This document shows positions 17,579-27,294 of a stretch of 64,000 nt of DNA, piece by piece. The translations under genes and the position numbers were made by a program. The stretch comes from Candidatus Paceibacter sp. (GTDB taxonomy: Bacteria > Patescibacteriota > Patescibacteriia > Magasanikbacterales > UBA922): NCBI GenBank assembly GCA_020725175.1, contig DYFM01000004.1:20015-84014 (forward strand), written 5' to 3'. The notes beneath the pieces were generated by a model. It saw only the letters and a list, made by a program, of their open reading frames with translations, was not told the origin of the DNA and ran no database searches. The stretch's first letter is position 1, and each line of letters starts with the position of its first letter.

Positions 17579-18829
17579 TTTTGTTTCTTGAATACGAGGA
17601 ATTTTGACAAAAACTTGATCTTTTTTGCGGACGGGAGTACTCACTGGAATGGTGACAATTGTGCCTTTTTTTCCAGTGTCGACGGATTGTTCCTCGAAAT
17701 AAATACTTTCGACTTTCGATTCAACAACTCCGGTGGTTTTGCCGATGACAAGAAGATCTTGACCGACTGAGACATCATTGTCATGAAGCATGATTTCAGC
17801 AATACCAGCTTTTTGGAAATAGTTGGTAACGACCCCGACCATGAGTTTTTCCTTGACTGATTTTGATCCGTATTCACCACTCCATTCACCGAGTTTTTTG
17901 CCGAGGTAATAGCCACCGTGCCAGAAGCCACGGTTGTAGACGGTTTCGAGTTCTTTGGTCCAGGCTTCTTTTTTTTCATCCGTGTATGTTCCGTTCAAGA
18001 CTGCATCAGCTGCTTCTCGATAACAACGAGTGACGGTTTTTACATAATCTGCTGAACGACCGCGGCCTTCGAGTTTGAGAACGGAGACTCCGGCACCGAT
18101 AATTTGATCCAAAAATTTAATGGTACAGAGATCTTTTGGTGACATGATATATTCATTTTCGAGCACCAGTTCTTCACCGGTTTCTTCGTCAATCACCCGA
18201 TATGAGCGACGACAGTTTTGCACGCAGGCACCACGGTTGGCAGAGGCATTTTGAGTGGCGAGACTCATGTAACATTTCCCGGAAATAGCAACACATAGAG
18301 CTCCATGCGCAAATAGTTCAATTCCGACCAGGTTTCCACTTGGTCCTTTGATTTGTTCTTTTTCAATGGTGGTGCAAATGAGCTGAATATCTTTCAGAGT
18401 CAGTTCGCGCGCAAGCACAATGACATCAGCAAACGCGGCAAAAAATTTCACTGCTTCAACATTTGAGACGTTTTGCTGGGTAGAGATGTGGACTTCTATT
18501 CCAATGGAGCGGGCGTAGGAAATCGCTGAAATGTCACTCGCGATAATAGCTGTCACACCGGCATCTTTTACCGCGTCACAGAGTTTCTTCATGATCACCA
18601 TGTCGTGATTGTAGAGGACGGTGTTGAGGGCGAGGTAGGTTCGGACATTGTGTTCATTGCATTGACGGACGATTTCCGGGAGATCGGTGAGCTTAAAATT
18701 GTTGGCGGCCCGAGCACGCATGTTGAGTTGTTCAACGCCAAAATAGACAGAGTTGGCTCCACCCTGGATGGCGGCGGTCAGGGATTCAAATGACCCGGCG
18801 GGGGACATGATTTCGATGGTTTTTGGCAT
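17576..18829 (-). CDS. Peptidase U32 family Fe-S protein (TrhP/RlhA-like RNA hydroxylation factor)
   Basis: MSPAGS, GANSVYFG, HISTQ, ELFAHGALCVAISGKC, NRGACVQNCR, SPKDLC and KLEGRGR motifs. Confidence 0.9.
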   Translation of the reverse strand: MPKTIEIMSPAGSFESLTAAIQGGANSVYFGVEQLNMRARAANNFKLTDLPEIVRQCNEHNVRTYLALNTVLYNHDMVIMKKLCDAVKDAGVTAIIASDISAISYARSIGIEVHISTQQNVSNVEAVKFFAAFADVIVLARELTLKDIQLICTTIEKEQIKGPSGNLVGIELFAHGALCVAISGKCYMSLATQNASANRGACVQNCRRSYRVIDEETGEELVLENEYIMSPKDLCTIKFLDQIIGAGVSVLKLEGRGRSADYVKTVTRCYREAADAVLNGTYTDEKKEAWTKELETVYNRGFWHGGYYLGKKLGEWSGEYGSKSVKEKLMVGVVTNYFQKAGIAEIMLHDNDVSVGQDLLVIGKTTGVVESKVESIYFEEQSVDTGKKGTIVTIPVSTPVRKKDQVFVKIPRIQETK

Positions 18830-18992
18830 ATGTTGAGAGATTGAGACTAAGATCAAGATTACGTTTGAAACCGAGTTCGTACTATAGCAAAATGGAGGGG
18901 AAAATCAAGGGGGGAGGTCATTTTTACAGAAATATACAAATTATGTATAAGTAAACTTTACAAATTTGTACAAATTTGAAAAGATTGACTAT

Positions 18993-20139
18993 ATGTATAT
19001 TCAACGTGATATAGAAAAAGTACTCAAGGAACGACTTTTTGGCGGGAAAGTTCTTATTTTGTATGGTCCAAGACAGGCGGGAAAAACTACGGTTATCAAG
19101 CAGTTGGTTTCTCCTTACGGAAGCGATGTTCGTTTTATTGATTGTGAATTGTTGGAAAATAGAGAATTATTGACCACTGCTCGTTCAGCTGATTTGTTTT
19201 CCCTGGTGGAGCAGTACAAAATTGTCGTATTTGATGAAGCACAGGTTATTCCCAACATCGGATCAGTACTTAAAACGTTACATGATCATCGTCCCGACAT
19301 CCAATATATTACCACCGGTTCATCGTCATTTGACTTGGCAAACGTGATTTTGGAACCACTGACCGGTCGATCTTTGGAATTTATCTTGTATCCTTTATCA
19401 TTGACCGAATGCGTATCAAACGCATTTGACGCGGAGCAGTACTTACAAATATTCTTACGTTTTGGTGGATATGCCGATATACGAGATATTAGCGAAGAAG
19501 AAAAAAAATTGCGTTTAAAACATTGGTCTCACAATATCTTTATAAGAATGTATTATCAGTGGGAGGAATCAAAAAACCCACTATTATGACGCAGTTAGTG
19601 ACATTGTTGGCCTATCAAATTGGCAGTGAAGTGTCCTACAGTGAAATCGCGCGACAATTGAAAACTAGCCAGCAGACGGTTGATCGATACATTGATATTT
19701 TAGAGAAAAATTTTGTGCTTGTACGACTACCTTCGTTTGCAGGAAATATGCGCAACGAAGTAGTTCGCGCTAAAAAAATATATTTTGTGGACTTAGGGAT
19801 TCATAATGCCATTATCGATGCGTTTGCGCCGATTGATACTGTGCGTCGACCGGACGTGGGTGCGTTGTTTGAAAATGGCATGATAATGGAACGACTAAAA
19901 TGGTTAGCACATCAGGGGCGTAATCATGAAGTGCAGTCTTTTTTTTGGCGAACCTTTTCACAGCAGGAAGTGGATTATATTGAACTGTCCGGAGACTTGA
20001 CGCGCGCGGTTGAATTCAAATGGAATGTGAAAAAAATTATTCGTTCCCTTCTTCATTTGTACAACACTATCCTGATATAACTACTCGGTTGGTGACGCCA
20101 CGAGAGGCGTATCCGTTTGTGATTGGTGAGAGTATATAA
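18993..20139 (+). pseudogene. AAA_14/DUF4143 ATPase broken by two apparent 1-nt deletions
   Basis: GPRQAGKT, FDEAQ, TGSSS, LTGR in the first frame; continues in another frame after about 19518 (LVSQYLYK...KIYFVDLG...FFWRT..QQEVDYIE) and again after about 20046 (SSFVQHYPD...GESI*). Confidence 0.8.
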
Positions 20140-20153
20140 AATTATTCCTTATT

Positions 20154-20279
20154 CGAGCACGCATGTTGCGTTGCTCTATGCCAAAGTAGATGGAGTTGGC
20201 TCCACCTTGAATAGCGGTAGTGAGGGATTCAAATGACCCGGTGGGGGGACATGGTTTCGATGGTTTTTTGTTGAGCCAT
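20154..20279 (-). pseudogene. Truncated, frameshifted second copy of the 5' end of the U32 gene
   Basis: Encodes KTIETMSP/GSFESLTTAIQGGANSIYFGIEQRNMRAR versus KTIEIMSPAGSFESLTAAIQGGANSVYFGVEQLNMRAR at 18711-18829. Confidence 0.85.
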
Positions 20280-20318
20280 AGTGGTTTTTTTGAGTATATA
20301 GTGGTAACAAAGTGCAGT

Positions 20319-20430
20319 GGAGTGACGAATTGAGTCGAGACGAAATTTGTTACGTAAGAGGAGTTAGTAGGTGTTATTGGTGGGTTACATACACCCGGAC
20401 GAATTTCACTGCGGTTCAGTTTGTCATTCC
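20319..20430. mobile_element. MITE/REPIN-like element with 33-bp imperfect TIRs, copy 2
   Basis: GGAGTGACGAATTGAGTCGAGACGAAATTTGTT ... GACGAATTTCACTGCGGTTCAGTTTGTCATTCC; spacer unrelated to that of copy 1. Confidence 0.6.
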
Positions 20431-20781
20431 AGTGAGTATTGGGTTCGTACTATAGCAGAATGTGGGGGAAATCAAGAGTCTATAAAGGTGCTTGTTTTAT
20501 GGATGTTATGACAATAAATTACAGTTTTTTGTTACAATTTTAGTATTGTAGGGTTTTTTATAGCTCTTTGTCATTGGTGGTGGTGTGTAGTGCAGGGTGC
20601 ATATGTTTCTTAATATATATTCTATTGCAGTTTCTTTTTTTTGATTAAAGAAATCCTGAAGTTTGATCTGTTTGCGCATTAAAAAATTGCGTATGGTAGG
20701 TAAAGTATATTAGATACAGTGAAAAAAAAGTTATAACATCTATAGTTATAACTTTTTTTAAATGAACATTGTGTGCTGAGA

Positions 20782-21438
20782 TTACTTACGGCTCGGTTTA
20801 GTTTCCGGTATGTTTTCTTTTGGTGGTGTAGTTTTATTAATTTCATTTTTACCCCTTGGCTCTGTTAATTCATCCAAACGTTTTTCACAATATTTTTCTA
20901 AACTATTCATTTGTGCTTCAATGTGACTGATGACACTAAAAACAATCGATTCTGAGTATGTATTATTGCTACACACATCAATCATTTTTTTTAACCAAGT
21001 AGATACTTCCCGAAAATACGCGTACCACTGAGTTTCAATGGTTTCATCTTCTTCTCTACTTCCAAATTCATCCCCAGGCTCCGAGAGGTTCAAGGATGTG
21101 CGTATCTCCATTAGTTCTGTCAATATTTGTTGTTTTTTCTTGTTAATAGAAGTTACTCCATCCGGCAAAGGAGCAGGTTCGTAACGTGATAATCCTGAGT
21201 ATGCACTATTTACGGCTATATCCCAGTCCGCCTTTGTTAAGGTCTGATTTTGAATTGATGTATCCTTAAGAAGCGTAATTAATCCTGATATGATCTTAGT
21301 GTCTATCCATTCTGTTACATGGGTAGGTTCTTCGTGAAAAATAGTACTAGCATTTGGATAATGTTTATTCTCAAGTAAACTCATAAAAAGAGAATGCAGT
21401 CTATCTTCTAAATTGTTATGTCTTGAATCATTACTCAT
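20782..21438 (-). CDS. Hypothetical protein (AT-rich, no recognisable family)
   Basis: 218-aa ORF from MSNDSRHNNLEDR; the longer ORF-track start lies within repeat DNA. Confidence 0.65.
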   Translation of the reverse strand: MSNDSRHNNLEDRLHSLFMSLLENKHYPNASTIFHEEPTHVTEWIDTKIISGLITLLKDTSIQNQTLTKADWDIAVNSAYSGLSRYEPAPLPDGVTSINKKKQQILTELMEIRTSLNLSEPGDEFGSREEDETIETQWYAYFREVSTWLKKMIDVCSNNTYSESIVFSVISHIEAQMNSLEKYCEKRLDELTEPRGKNEINKTTPPKENIPETKPSRK

Positions 21439-21492
21439 AATAAAGTAAAAAAATTTAATTAAATTTAAATGTGGTTTATCTCTCGATTTGAA

Positions 21493-21590
21493 TCCGCCCA
21501 CAGCCCCCACCTCCACCCCCACCCGAGGCGGGTAAACAAGGCGGGTAAACAAGGCTGACAAGCAAGGTGTGCAAAGCAAGGCGGACGAGG
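21493..21590. repeat. Nested palindromic repeat (five CCRCC left arms, five GGYGG right arms)
   Basis: tccgcc ca cagcc cccacc tccacc cccacc | cgaggcgggtaaa caaggcgggtaaa caaggctgacaag caaggtgtgcaaag caaggcggacgagg. Confidence 0.75.
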
Positions 21591-21649
21591 GTTTTATTCC
21601 CTCCCGATATTATCGGGAAAAACTACCTATAGCGATACCTCGTCAGCTT

Positions 21650-21700
21650 CCACCCTCCACCCTAGGCGGACAGGTAAGGCGGACACGTGCGGCGGGGACA
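21650..21700. repeat. Nested palindromic repeat, 2-3 layers
   Basis: tccacc c tccacc | ctaggcggacagg taaggcggacacg tgcggcgggga. Confidence 0.7.
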
Positions 21701-21995
21701 TTCATTATTATGAGTTTAATAAACTATTTTTACCAAGACATGTATGATAAAATGGATTAAGTTTTTTTTTGTTTCTGCCATTGTTCGCCTGTCTGATTAA
21801 GGCGTGGAGTTGGACAGACGTCGTAGAACAGGTGTAAAAAAACAATTGTTCTGTGTGATTGTGGGGGTGGAAGTACTTACCCAATATTGATTATTATAGC
21901 ATAAATGTTATCTTTTGTCAAAAATAAAAGCTGCCATGGTCGAGGGCAAGATGAATAAAGAACCTTGAATAATTTTGGAAACCAGTTTTGTTTAA

Positions 21996-22076
21996 TCCGC
22001 CCCCACCCCCACCCGAGGTGGGTAAACAAGGCGGGTAAACAAAGTGGACAGGTAAGGCGGACACGTGTGGCAGGGA
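21996..22076. repeat. Nested palindromic repeat, three left arms and 4-5 right arms
   Basis: tccgcc cccacc cccacc | cgaggtgggtaaa caaggcgggtaaa caaagtggacagg taaggcggacacg tgtggcaggga. Confidence 0.75.
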
Positions 22077-22108
22077 AATTCATTTAAAAAAACGTTGCTG
22101 GAAAGGAA

Positions 22109-22188
22109 TAGACCACCAATTGTCGGATTGAACGGGTAATAACGGATTCTTCTTTGTTATGTTTCTATTTCGTTTCATCTGTGGTCTA
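22109..22188. repeat. ~80-bp TAGACC-terminated inverted 9-bp array element, copy 2
   Basis: tagaccaccaattgtcggattgaacgggtaataacggat ... atttcgtttcatctgtggtcta. Confidence 0.5.
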
Positions 22189-22201
22189 TTTCTTACTTCA
22201 C

Positions 22202-23989
22202 TTATGTTTGTTCAATAAACTCCCCCGACTGGTGTCCCCACAAGGTCGCATATAATGCCGGTTGCTGAATAAGCTCCTCGTGTGTTCCGTCTTGCACAAT
22301 TTTTCCTTGATCGAGTACTATGATGCGGTCAAGATGTTTGATGGTGGAAAGTCGATGTGCAATCACAAGAGCGGTTTTATTTTTCATGAGTTTTTTGAAT
22401 CCATCCTGTATATATTTCTCCGACTCAGAATCGAGCGCACTGGTCGCTTCGTCGAGAATGAGAATGGGGGCGTTTTTGAGGAGCGCACGAGCAATGGCGA
22501 CTCGTTGACGTTGACCTCCACTCAGCTTTATTCCTCGTTCGCCGACCAAGGTATCATATCCATCCGGTAAGTCAACGATAAAATCGTGAGCATGAGCTAA
22601 TTTTGATGCTCGCAGGATTTCTTTCTCGGTGGCTTTTTCATTTCCATACGCAATATTTTCTCGCATCGATCGATGAAAGAGTAGTGGTTCCTGAGGAACA
22701 TAAGCAATATGCTCTCGAAGAGACTTTTGTGTGACAGATTTGATATTTTGTCCGTCTATAGAAATCGCACCCTGCTGGACATCAATAAATCGAAGGAGAA
22801 GTCGTGTAATAGTTGTCTTACCACTACCACTCGGACCCACCAACCCAACTTTTTGGTTGGCAGGAATGGTGATATTGAAGTCATAAAGAAAGGCATCTTT
22901 GCGGTTGCTGTCTTGGTAACCAAAATGTACACCAGTAAATTGAATTGCGGCCCGTTTAACCGATAGTTTTTTGGCTTTTGGTTTGTCTTGAATGATGGTC
23001 GGGGTAAGAAACAGTTCGGTAAATTCAGCGGCCTCTGTGATTGATGATTCGATATTGCGGTAAATGCGATTGATCTCCCAAAAAATCCTTGTTACCTGAG
23101 AGTAGTAAGAAAACACGACTACGAGTGCGCTCGCCGGTAAGGCAAGTGTTTCAGCGAAGAAGACGGTAAAGAGAAGTCCAATCACGTTACTGGTGACGTA
23201 CAATGGTGAGATACTGATATCAAACCGCAAATTTTGAAAGTTGGCTGCTTTGGTAAAGGCATCAGTATATCGGGCGGTATAGGTGGAATAGACGTTTTTT
23301 TCCTGTTCTTCTTTGGCAAACGACTTAATGGCCGGCATATTGGTAAGTGCGTCCGAAAGACGGCCAACCATTTGACTACTTGCATCATGCCGAGCTGTGA
23401 CGAGACGGGACCGCTTTCGAATGAGGGGGATGGCAACCGCCACAACAATACCAAGACAAAAGAGGAGGAGAATAGGGATGAGTGGAGAGTATCGCCAGAG
23501 GATAATAAAAGCGAACAGGAGAGGGAGAATGTTGGTAATAATGTTAAAAGAAAGTGTATCGGTAAATATTTCGAAGCTTCGGGCAAAGGCAGCGGCTTTT
23601 TTGGCGAGCGATCCAACAAAATTGTTGGTATAAAAATCATAGTCACGGTCAGTGAGACGTTCAAATGCTAGGTTGCTAAGTGCATGTACTCCGGCAGCTT
23701 CCAGTTTTATGAGATAATGAAGACCGATTCTCCAGAATACTTCACCTAGGAGCCATGACCCGGCAAACAACACGATTAGACTGCCGGCGGAGGAGAGGGT
23801 GACTCCATTGTTTAAAATGTATGTGTCAATGAGTTTGGCTACGATGAGTGGTGGGATGTAAAAAATAAGGATGGTTCCAATCCCGGGAGTTACAAATGAA
23901 ATCAACGTCCACCATCGGTGGGTTTTGTAGAGTTGCCAATAGTCATGGAGTACTTGTTTAATGGCTGGTGAGGAAGTTGTTTGTTTCAT
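22202..23989 (-). CDS. ABC exporter, fused permease/ATPase (MdlB/MsbA-like)
   Basis: N-terminal TM domain, GPSGSGKT, LSGGQRQR, ILDEATSALD and IAHRLST; start placed at MKQTT. Confidence 0.92.
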   Translation of the reverse strand: MKQTTSSPAIKQVLHDYWQLYKTHRWWTLISFVTPGIGTILIFYIPPLIVAKLIDTYILNNGVTLSSAGSLIVLFAGSWLLGEVFWRIGLHYLIKLEAAGVHALSNLAFERLTDRDYDFYTNNFVGSLAKKAAAFARSFEIFTDTLSFNIITNILPLLFAFIILWRYSPLIPILLLFCLGIVVAVAIPLIRKRSRLVTARHDASSQMVGRLSDALTNMPAIKSFAKEEQEKNVYSTYTARYTDAFTKAANFQNLRFDISISPLYVTSNVIGLLFTVFFAETLALPASALVVVFSYYSQVTRIFWEINRIYRNIESSITEAAEFTELFLTPTIIQDKPKAKKLSVKRAAIQFTGVHFGYQDSNRKDAFLYDFNITIPANQKVGLVGPSGSGKTTITRLLLRFIDVQQGAISIDGQNIKSVTQKSLREHIAYVPQEPLLFHRSMRENIAYGNEKATEKEILRASKLAHAHDFIVDLPDGYDTLVGERGIKLSGGQRQRVAIARALLKNAPILILDEATSALDSESEKYIQDGFKKLMKNKTALVIAHRLSTIKHLDRIIVLDQGKIVQDGTHEELIQQPALYATLWGHQSGEFIEQT

Positions 23990-24455
23990 GTTGGGGTCTA
24001 AATGAAAAAAGTGATTGTATATTAGCAGATTTTTTGGTTTTTGGATAGAAAAATACACGCTCTTGGCGTGTTTTTTGGACAAAGTTCGAACATTTTTTGA
24101 GCAAAACCTCCAATGAGGAAGCTAGTCCCGCCACTGCTCGATAAGCTCGCCACACCACAGAAAAATACTCTTTGCTCTTTTCATTTTGCGCCCGCCCGCC
24201 TTTTTCTTCTTTTAATGAAAAGAGTATTTTTCTGTGGTGTTCTGCCTTCCAAGTATTCATGCAGGTGGCGGGACTAATGCGGACGAAGTTTTGATAAAAC
24301 TCTTTTTTGGGAAAGGATTTGCTAAAATTTCGGCTGATTTGTTTTTGAATTCGGGTGTCGCAAATGGAAAAGGAGGGGTTTGGCGAGGAATTTTCCACTT
24401 GCTCCGCTGATTTCTTTTGGCAAAATTCGGGCGGGCAATTTCAAATTGCGTAGGA

Positions 24456-25250
24456 CTAATTTTTCAAAGCTCGCTTCGTTTCTCTACCAACTGAAAAGAA
24501 CTCGATAATTTTTATCTTTTTCTTTTCAACAAAAACAACAATAAGGTTAAACAACAAAGCGAGCAACACAAGGTATACGCCTCCTGCGAATACCGACGGA
24601 ATGTCATATAACGAACCTGAACGAATCATAAAATGTCCGAGTCCTTGGTTTGAGGAAATAAACTCTCCAATAAACGCACCAAGAAGTGCAAAACCGACAT
24701 TGAGTTTCATTGAAGCAAGAACCCAAGAAAGCGAGGACGGAAAAATGACTTTTTGAAAAATTTGAAAGCGTGTTGCACCAAAAATTTTCAATAGACGAAA
24801 TTCCTCAACATCAATACTTTTTGCCCCCTCATATGCTTGCGTAAGAGCGACAAGAAAAGCACCAAGTGTCGCCATCGCGATTTTCATACTCAAACCAATA
24901 CCGAACCAAACGATGACCATAGGTGCGAAAGCGAATATCGGAATTGCACCCAAAATCACGATGTATGGCCTAAATACACGCGCTACAAACGGCGAATACC
25001 AGAGAATGAACCCCGCTGTAGTACCGAAGATTACGCCGAAAACGAAGCCGGTTAATGCCTCAAAACCAGTTATGAAAAAGTCGCTTACGAGAAGCCCGCT
25101 TGCGGTATTTTGCAGAAGTGATGCCCAAATTTCCGAAGGTGAGCCGAAAAGAAAATTGAATCGTGGAAATTGAGAAGCAAACACTTGCCACACTGTAAGT
25201 ATGATGATAAAAAGTAAAAATGGTGAGATTATATAAAGAATTTTTTTCAT
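24456..25250 (-). CDS. NitT/TauT/SsuC-type ABC transporter permease
   Basis: IP.FAFAPMVIVWFGIG, EAA-like GATRFQIFQKVIFP, IGEFISSNQGLG. Confidence 0.9.
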   Translation of the reverse strand: MKKILYIISPFLLFIIILTVWQVFASQFPRFNFLFGSPSEIWASLLQNTASGLLVSDFFITGFEALTGFVFGVIFGTTAGFILWYSPFVARVFRPYIVILGAIPIFAFAPMVIVWFGIGLSMKIAMATLGAFLVALTQAYEGAKSIDVEEFRLLKIFGATRFQIFQKVIFPSSLSWVLASMKLNVGFALLGAFIGEFISSNQGLGHFMIRSGSLYDIPSVFAGGVYLVLLALLFNLIVVFVEKKKIKIIEFFSVGRETKRALKN

Positions 25251-26023
25251 ATTTGTTTGCTCATCAATTTCCAAATCCGCTCAAAAAGTTCTTGGAAATC
25301 TTTACTTTTTCGCACATTGACCGGATCGCGGTATTCGTCGTGAATATTAATATCTGTTTGATAAACAATCTTTGCTGGTCTTTCGCTGAACACGACCAGT
25401 TTATCGGATATTGCGATTGCCTCCTCAATATTATGCGTGACAAAAATAGCAACTTTTTGAGCGGATACAATATATGAGCGAATTTCTTTTACTAACTGCA
25501 AACGAGCGTCAAAATCTATTGCAGAAAATGGTTCATCAAAAAGCACAATATCGGAATCTTGAACCAAGGTTCGCATGAGAGAAACTTTTTGCCTCATTCC
25601 GCCGGAAATTTCTGATGGATAAGATTTTTCAAATTGCGCTAATCCATTCTTTTGCAATAAATCTCTCGCCTTGATGACAGACGTTTTTAAATTTCTTTTT
25701 TGTATTTCGGCGGGAAGCAAAATGTTTCCTATGAGCGTTCGCCACGGAAGAAGTAAATCTTTTTGTGGAACATATCCGACTGAACCATGTGCAGAAATTT
25801 CTCCAGTTGTTGTTTTTTCAAGACTGCTAATGATATTGAGAAGTGTTGTTTTTCCCGAACCACTTCTACCGACAATAGCAAGAATTTCACCCGCTTTTAC
25901 ATCAAGCGAAATATTTTCTAGAACAGATAAAACACTTCCGTTGGAGGAAAATTGTTTTGAAACATTTTCTGCTTTTATATAAGCAGCACTACTTTGTTTG
26001 TTCTGAGAATTTTGTGATGACAT
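25247..26023 (-). CDS. NitT/TauT/SsuB-type ABC transporter ATP-binding protein
   Basis: GRSGSGKT, LLPWRT, ISGGMRQK, FDEPFSA, VTHNIEEA; exact start uncertain (26023 or 26032). Confidence 0.9.
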   Translation of the reverse strand: MSSQNSQNKQSSAAYIKAENVSKQFSSNGSVLSVLENISLDVKAGEILAIVGRSGSGKTTLLNIISSLEKTTTGEISAHGSVGYVPQKDLLLPWRTLIGNILLPAEIQKRNLKTSVIKARDLLQKNGLAQFEKSYPSEISGGMRQKVSLMRTLVQDSDIVLFDEPFSAIDFDARLQLVKEIRSYIVSAQKVAIFVTHNIEEAIAISDKLVVFSERPAKIVYQTDINIHDEYRDPVNVRKSKDFQELFERIWKLMSKQI

Positions 26024-26969
26024 AGTTTTCATAAGATGCGGGTTTCTTCAGATCACCAACATCCAAACGAGCTTGGATAGCAGTATCCCAACCGGCCTTA
26101 GTGATAACTGTATCACTCGGAAAGACCCCCGCCTTTATCATGTTCTGAACAGCGTTCTTGGCGATGTCTTTCGGCACATCAGGGAATTTTGTAATGAGAA
26201 AGTCGGCTACTTCGTTTGGGTGTTGGCGAATGTATGTCATCGCCTTTTGAAGTGCGTTTACCGCTTTTTGTGTTATTTCGGGATTTTGCTCAACATAACT
26301 TGGTAATGCAGTCATACCCGTAATCGCAAATTCTGGATAGTAGTCGTTGAGTGAGTAGACAACATGGTCGCCATTTTTTACTGCCGTAGATACATTCGGT
26401 TCTAACTCCAAAGCGATGTCTACTGCTCCGGTATCAAGCGCAACAAGCAAAGAACCAAATGCTGTTTCTTTAATGTTTGATTTTATGTTTGCCGCTTGAA
26501 ACATTTTCTTCTGCAAAACATACGCGGTTGATGGCGATGGGAAAGTTGCAACACTGTATCCATTCAAACCAGATGGCGTTGAAATTGTTCCAATGCTTGG
26601 TTTTTTTGCAACGCCCCAAAACGGAACGCCACGAAGTACAGCGGCAACAACTTTTCCGGGCTGACCTTTTTCGCCGGAAACGGCGACAAAGGTTGGATCG
26701 CCTACAGCGAATTGAGCGTCTCCGCTCAAAAGTGCGGCAAACGCCTTTTCGTCTCCACCAGCCGTTGTGATGTTTACATCAAGTCCTTCGTCTTTGAAAA
26801 ATCCTTTTTCTTGAGCGACATATAAAGGCGCATATAAAAACACCTCGAATGCTTGTGCGATTGTAACTTTTTGCAAAGTTTGTGGCTGTTTCGACTGCTG
26901 TTGATAAGCGAAAAAGCCGACAACCGCTAACACGAGTACTCCAACAATACTCAAGGTTACTCTATTCAT
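25989..26969 (-). CDS. NMT1/SsuA-type ABC transporter substrate-binding protein
   Basis: N-terminal TM anchor, YAPLYVAQEKGFFKDEGLDV; real start MNRVT (the ORF-track start lies inside the tRNA). Confidence 0.88.
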   Translation of the reverse strand: MNRVTLSIVGVLVLAVVGFFAYQQQSKQPQTLQKVTIAQAFEVFLYAPLYVAQEKGFFKDEGLDVNITTAGGDEKAFAALLSGDAQFAVGDPTFVAVSGEKGQPGKVVAAVLRGVPFWGVAKKPSIGTISTPSGLNGYSVATFPSPSTAYVLQKKMFQAANIKSNIKETAFGSLLVALDTGAVDIALELEPNVSTAVKNGDHVVYSLNDYYPEFAITGMTALPSYVEQNPEITQKAVNALQKAMTYIRQHPNEVADFLITKFPDVPKDIAKNAVQNMIKAGVFPSDTVITKAGWDTAIQARLDVGDLKKPASYENYVITKFSEQTK

Positions 26970-27005
26970 AGTATTGTTAATTTTAATTTCGCTGAATGAA
27001 AAACT

Positions 27006-27095
<90 letters not shown>

Positions 27096-27196
27096 ATTGT
27101 GGGGTTAGTTTAGCAGAATTGAGGGAAAAATCAAGTTGAGTTGGCAGGTTAGCAAGTCTGCATGTTGGCAAGTTTGTGGCATGTGTATGTGTGTTA

Positions 27197-27220
27197 TCAA
27201 GCCTAAAGGCATGAGTTACA
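27197..27220. repeat. REP-like 24-bp palindrome, copy 1 (TGTAACTCAGGCCTTTAGGCCTGA family)
   Basis: tcaagcctaaaggcatgagttaca; 22/24 identical to 31572-31595. Confidence 0.6.
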
Positions 27221-27294
27221 AGTTTCGAAAATAAAAAGACGAACTTCCGTTCGTCATTCTTAGAAATTAGATATTAGACATTAGACATTCCCAC

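Noticed and set aside
19495-20050. Programmed ribosomal frameshifting in the ATPase
   Set aside because: Two separate shifts would be needed and no stimulatory structure is evident; decay or homopolymer sequencing error is simpler
21493-22076. CRISPR array
   Set aside because: Units are 6 and 13 bp with no unique spacers of constant length, and there are no cas genes in the window
23958-24398. 146-aa ORF as a real gene
   Set aside because: No recognisable motifs, overlaps the ABC exporter start and has atypical composition; at most a remnant
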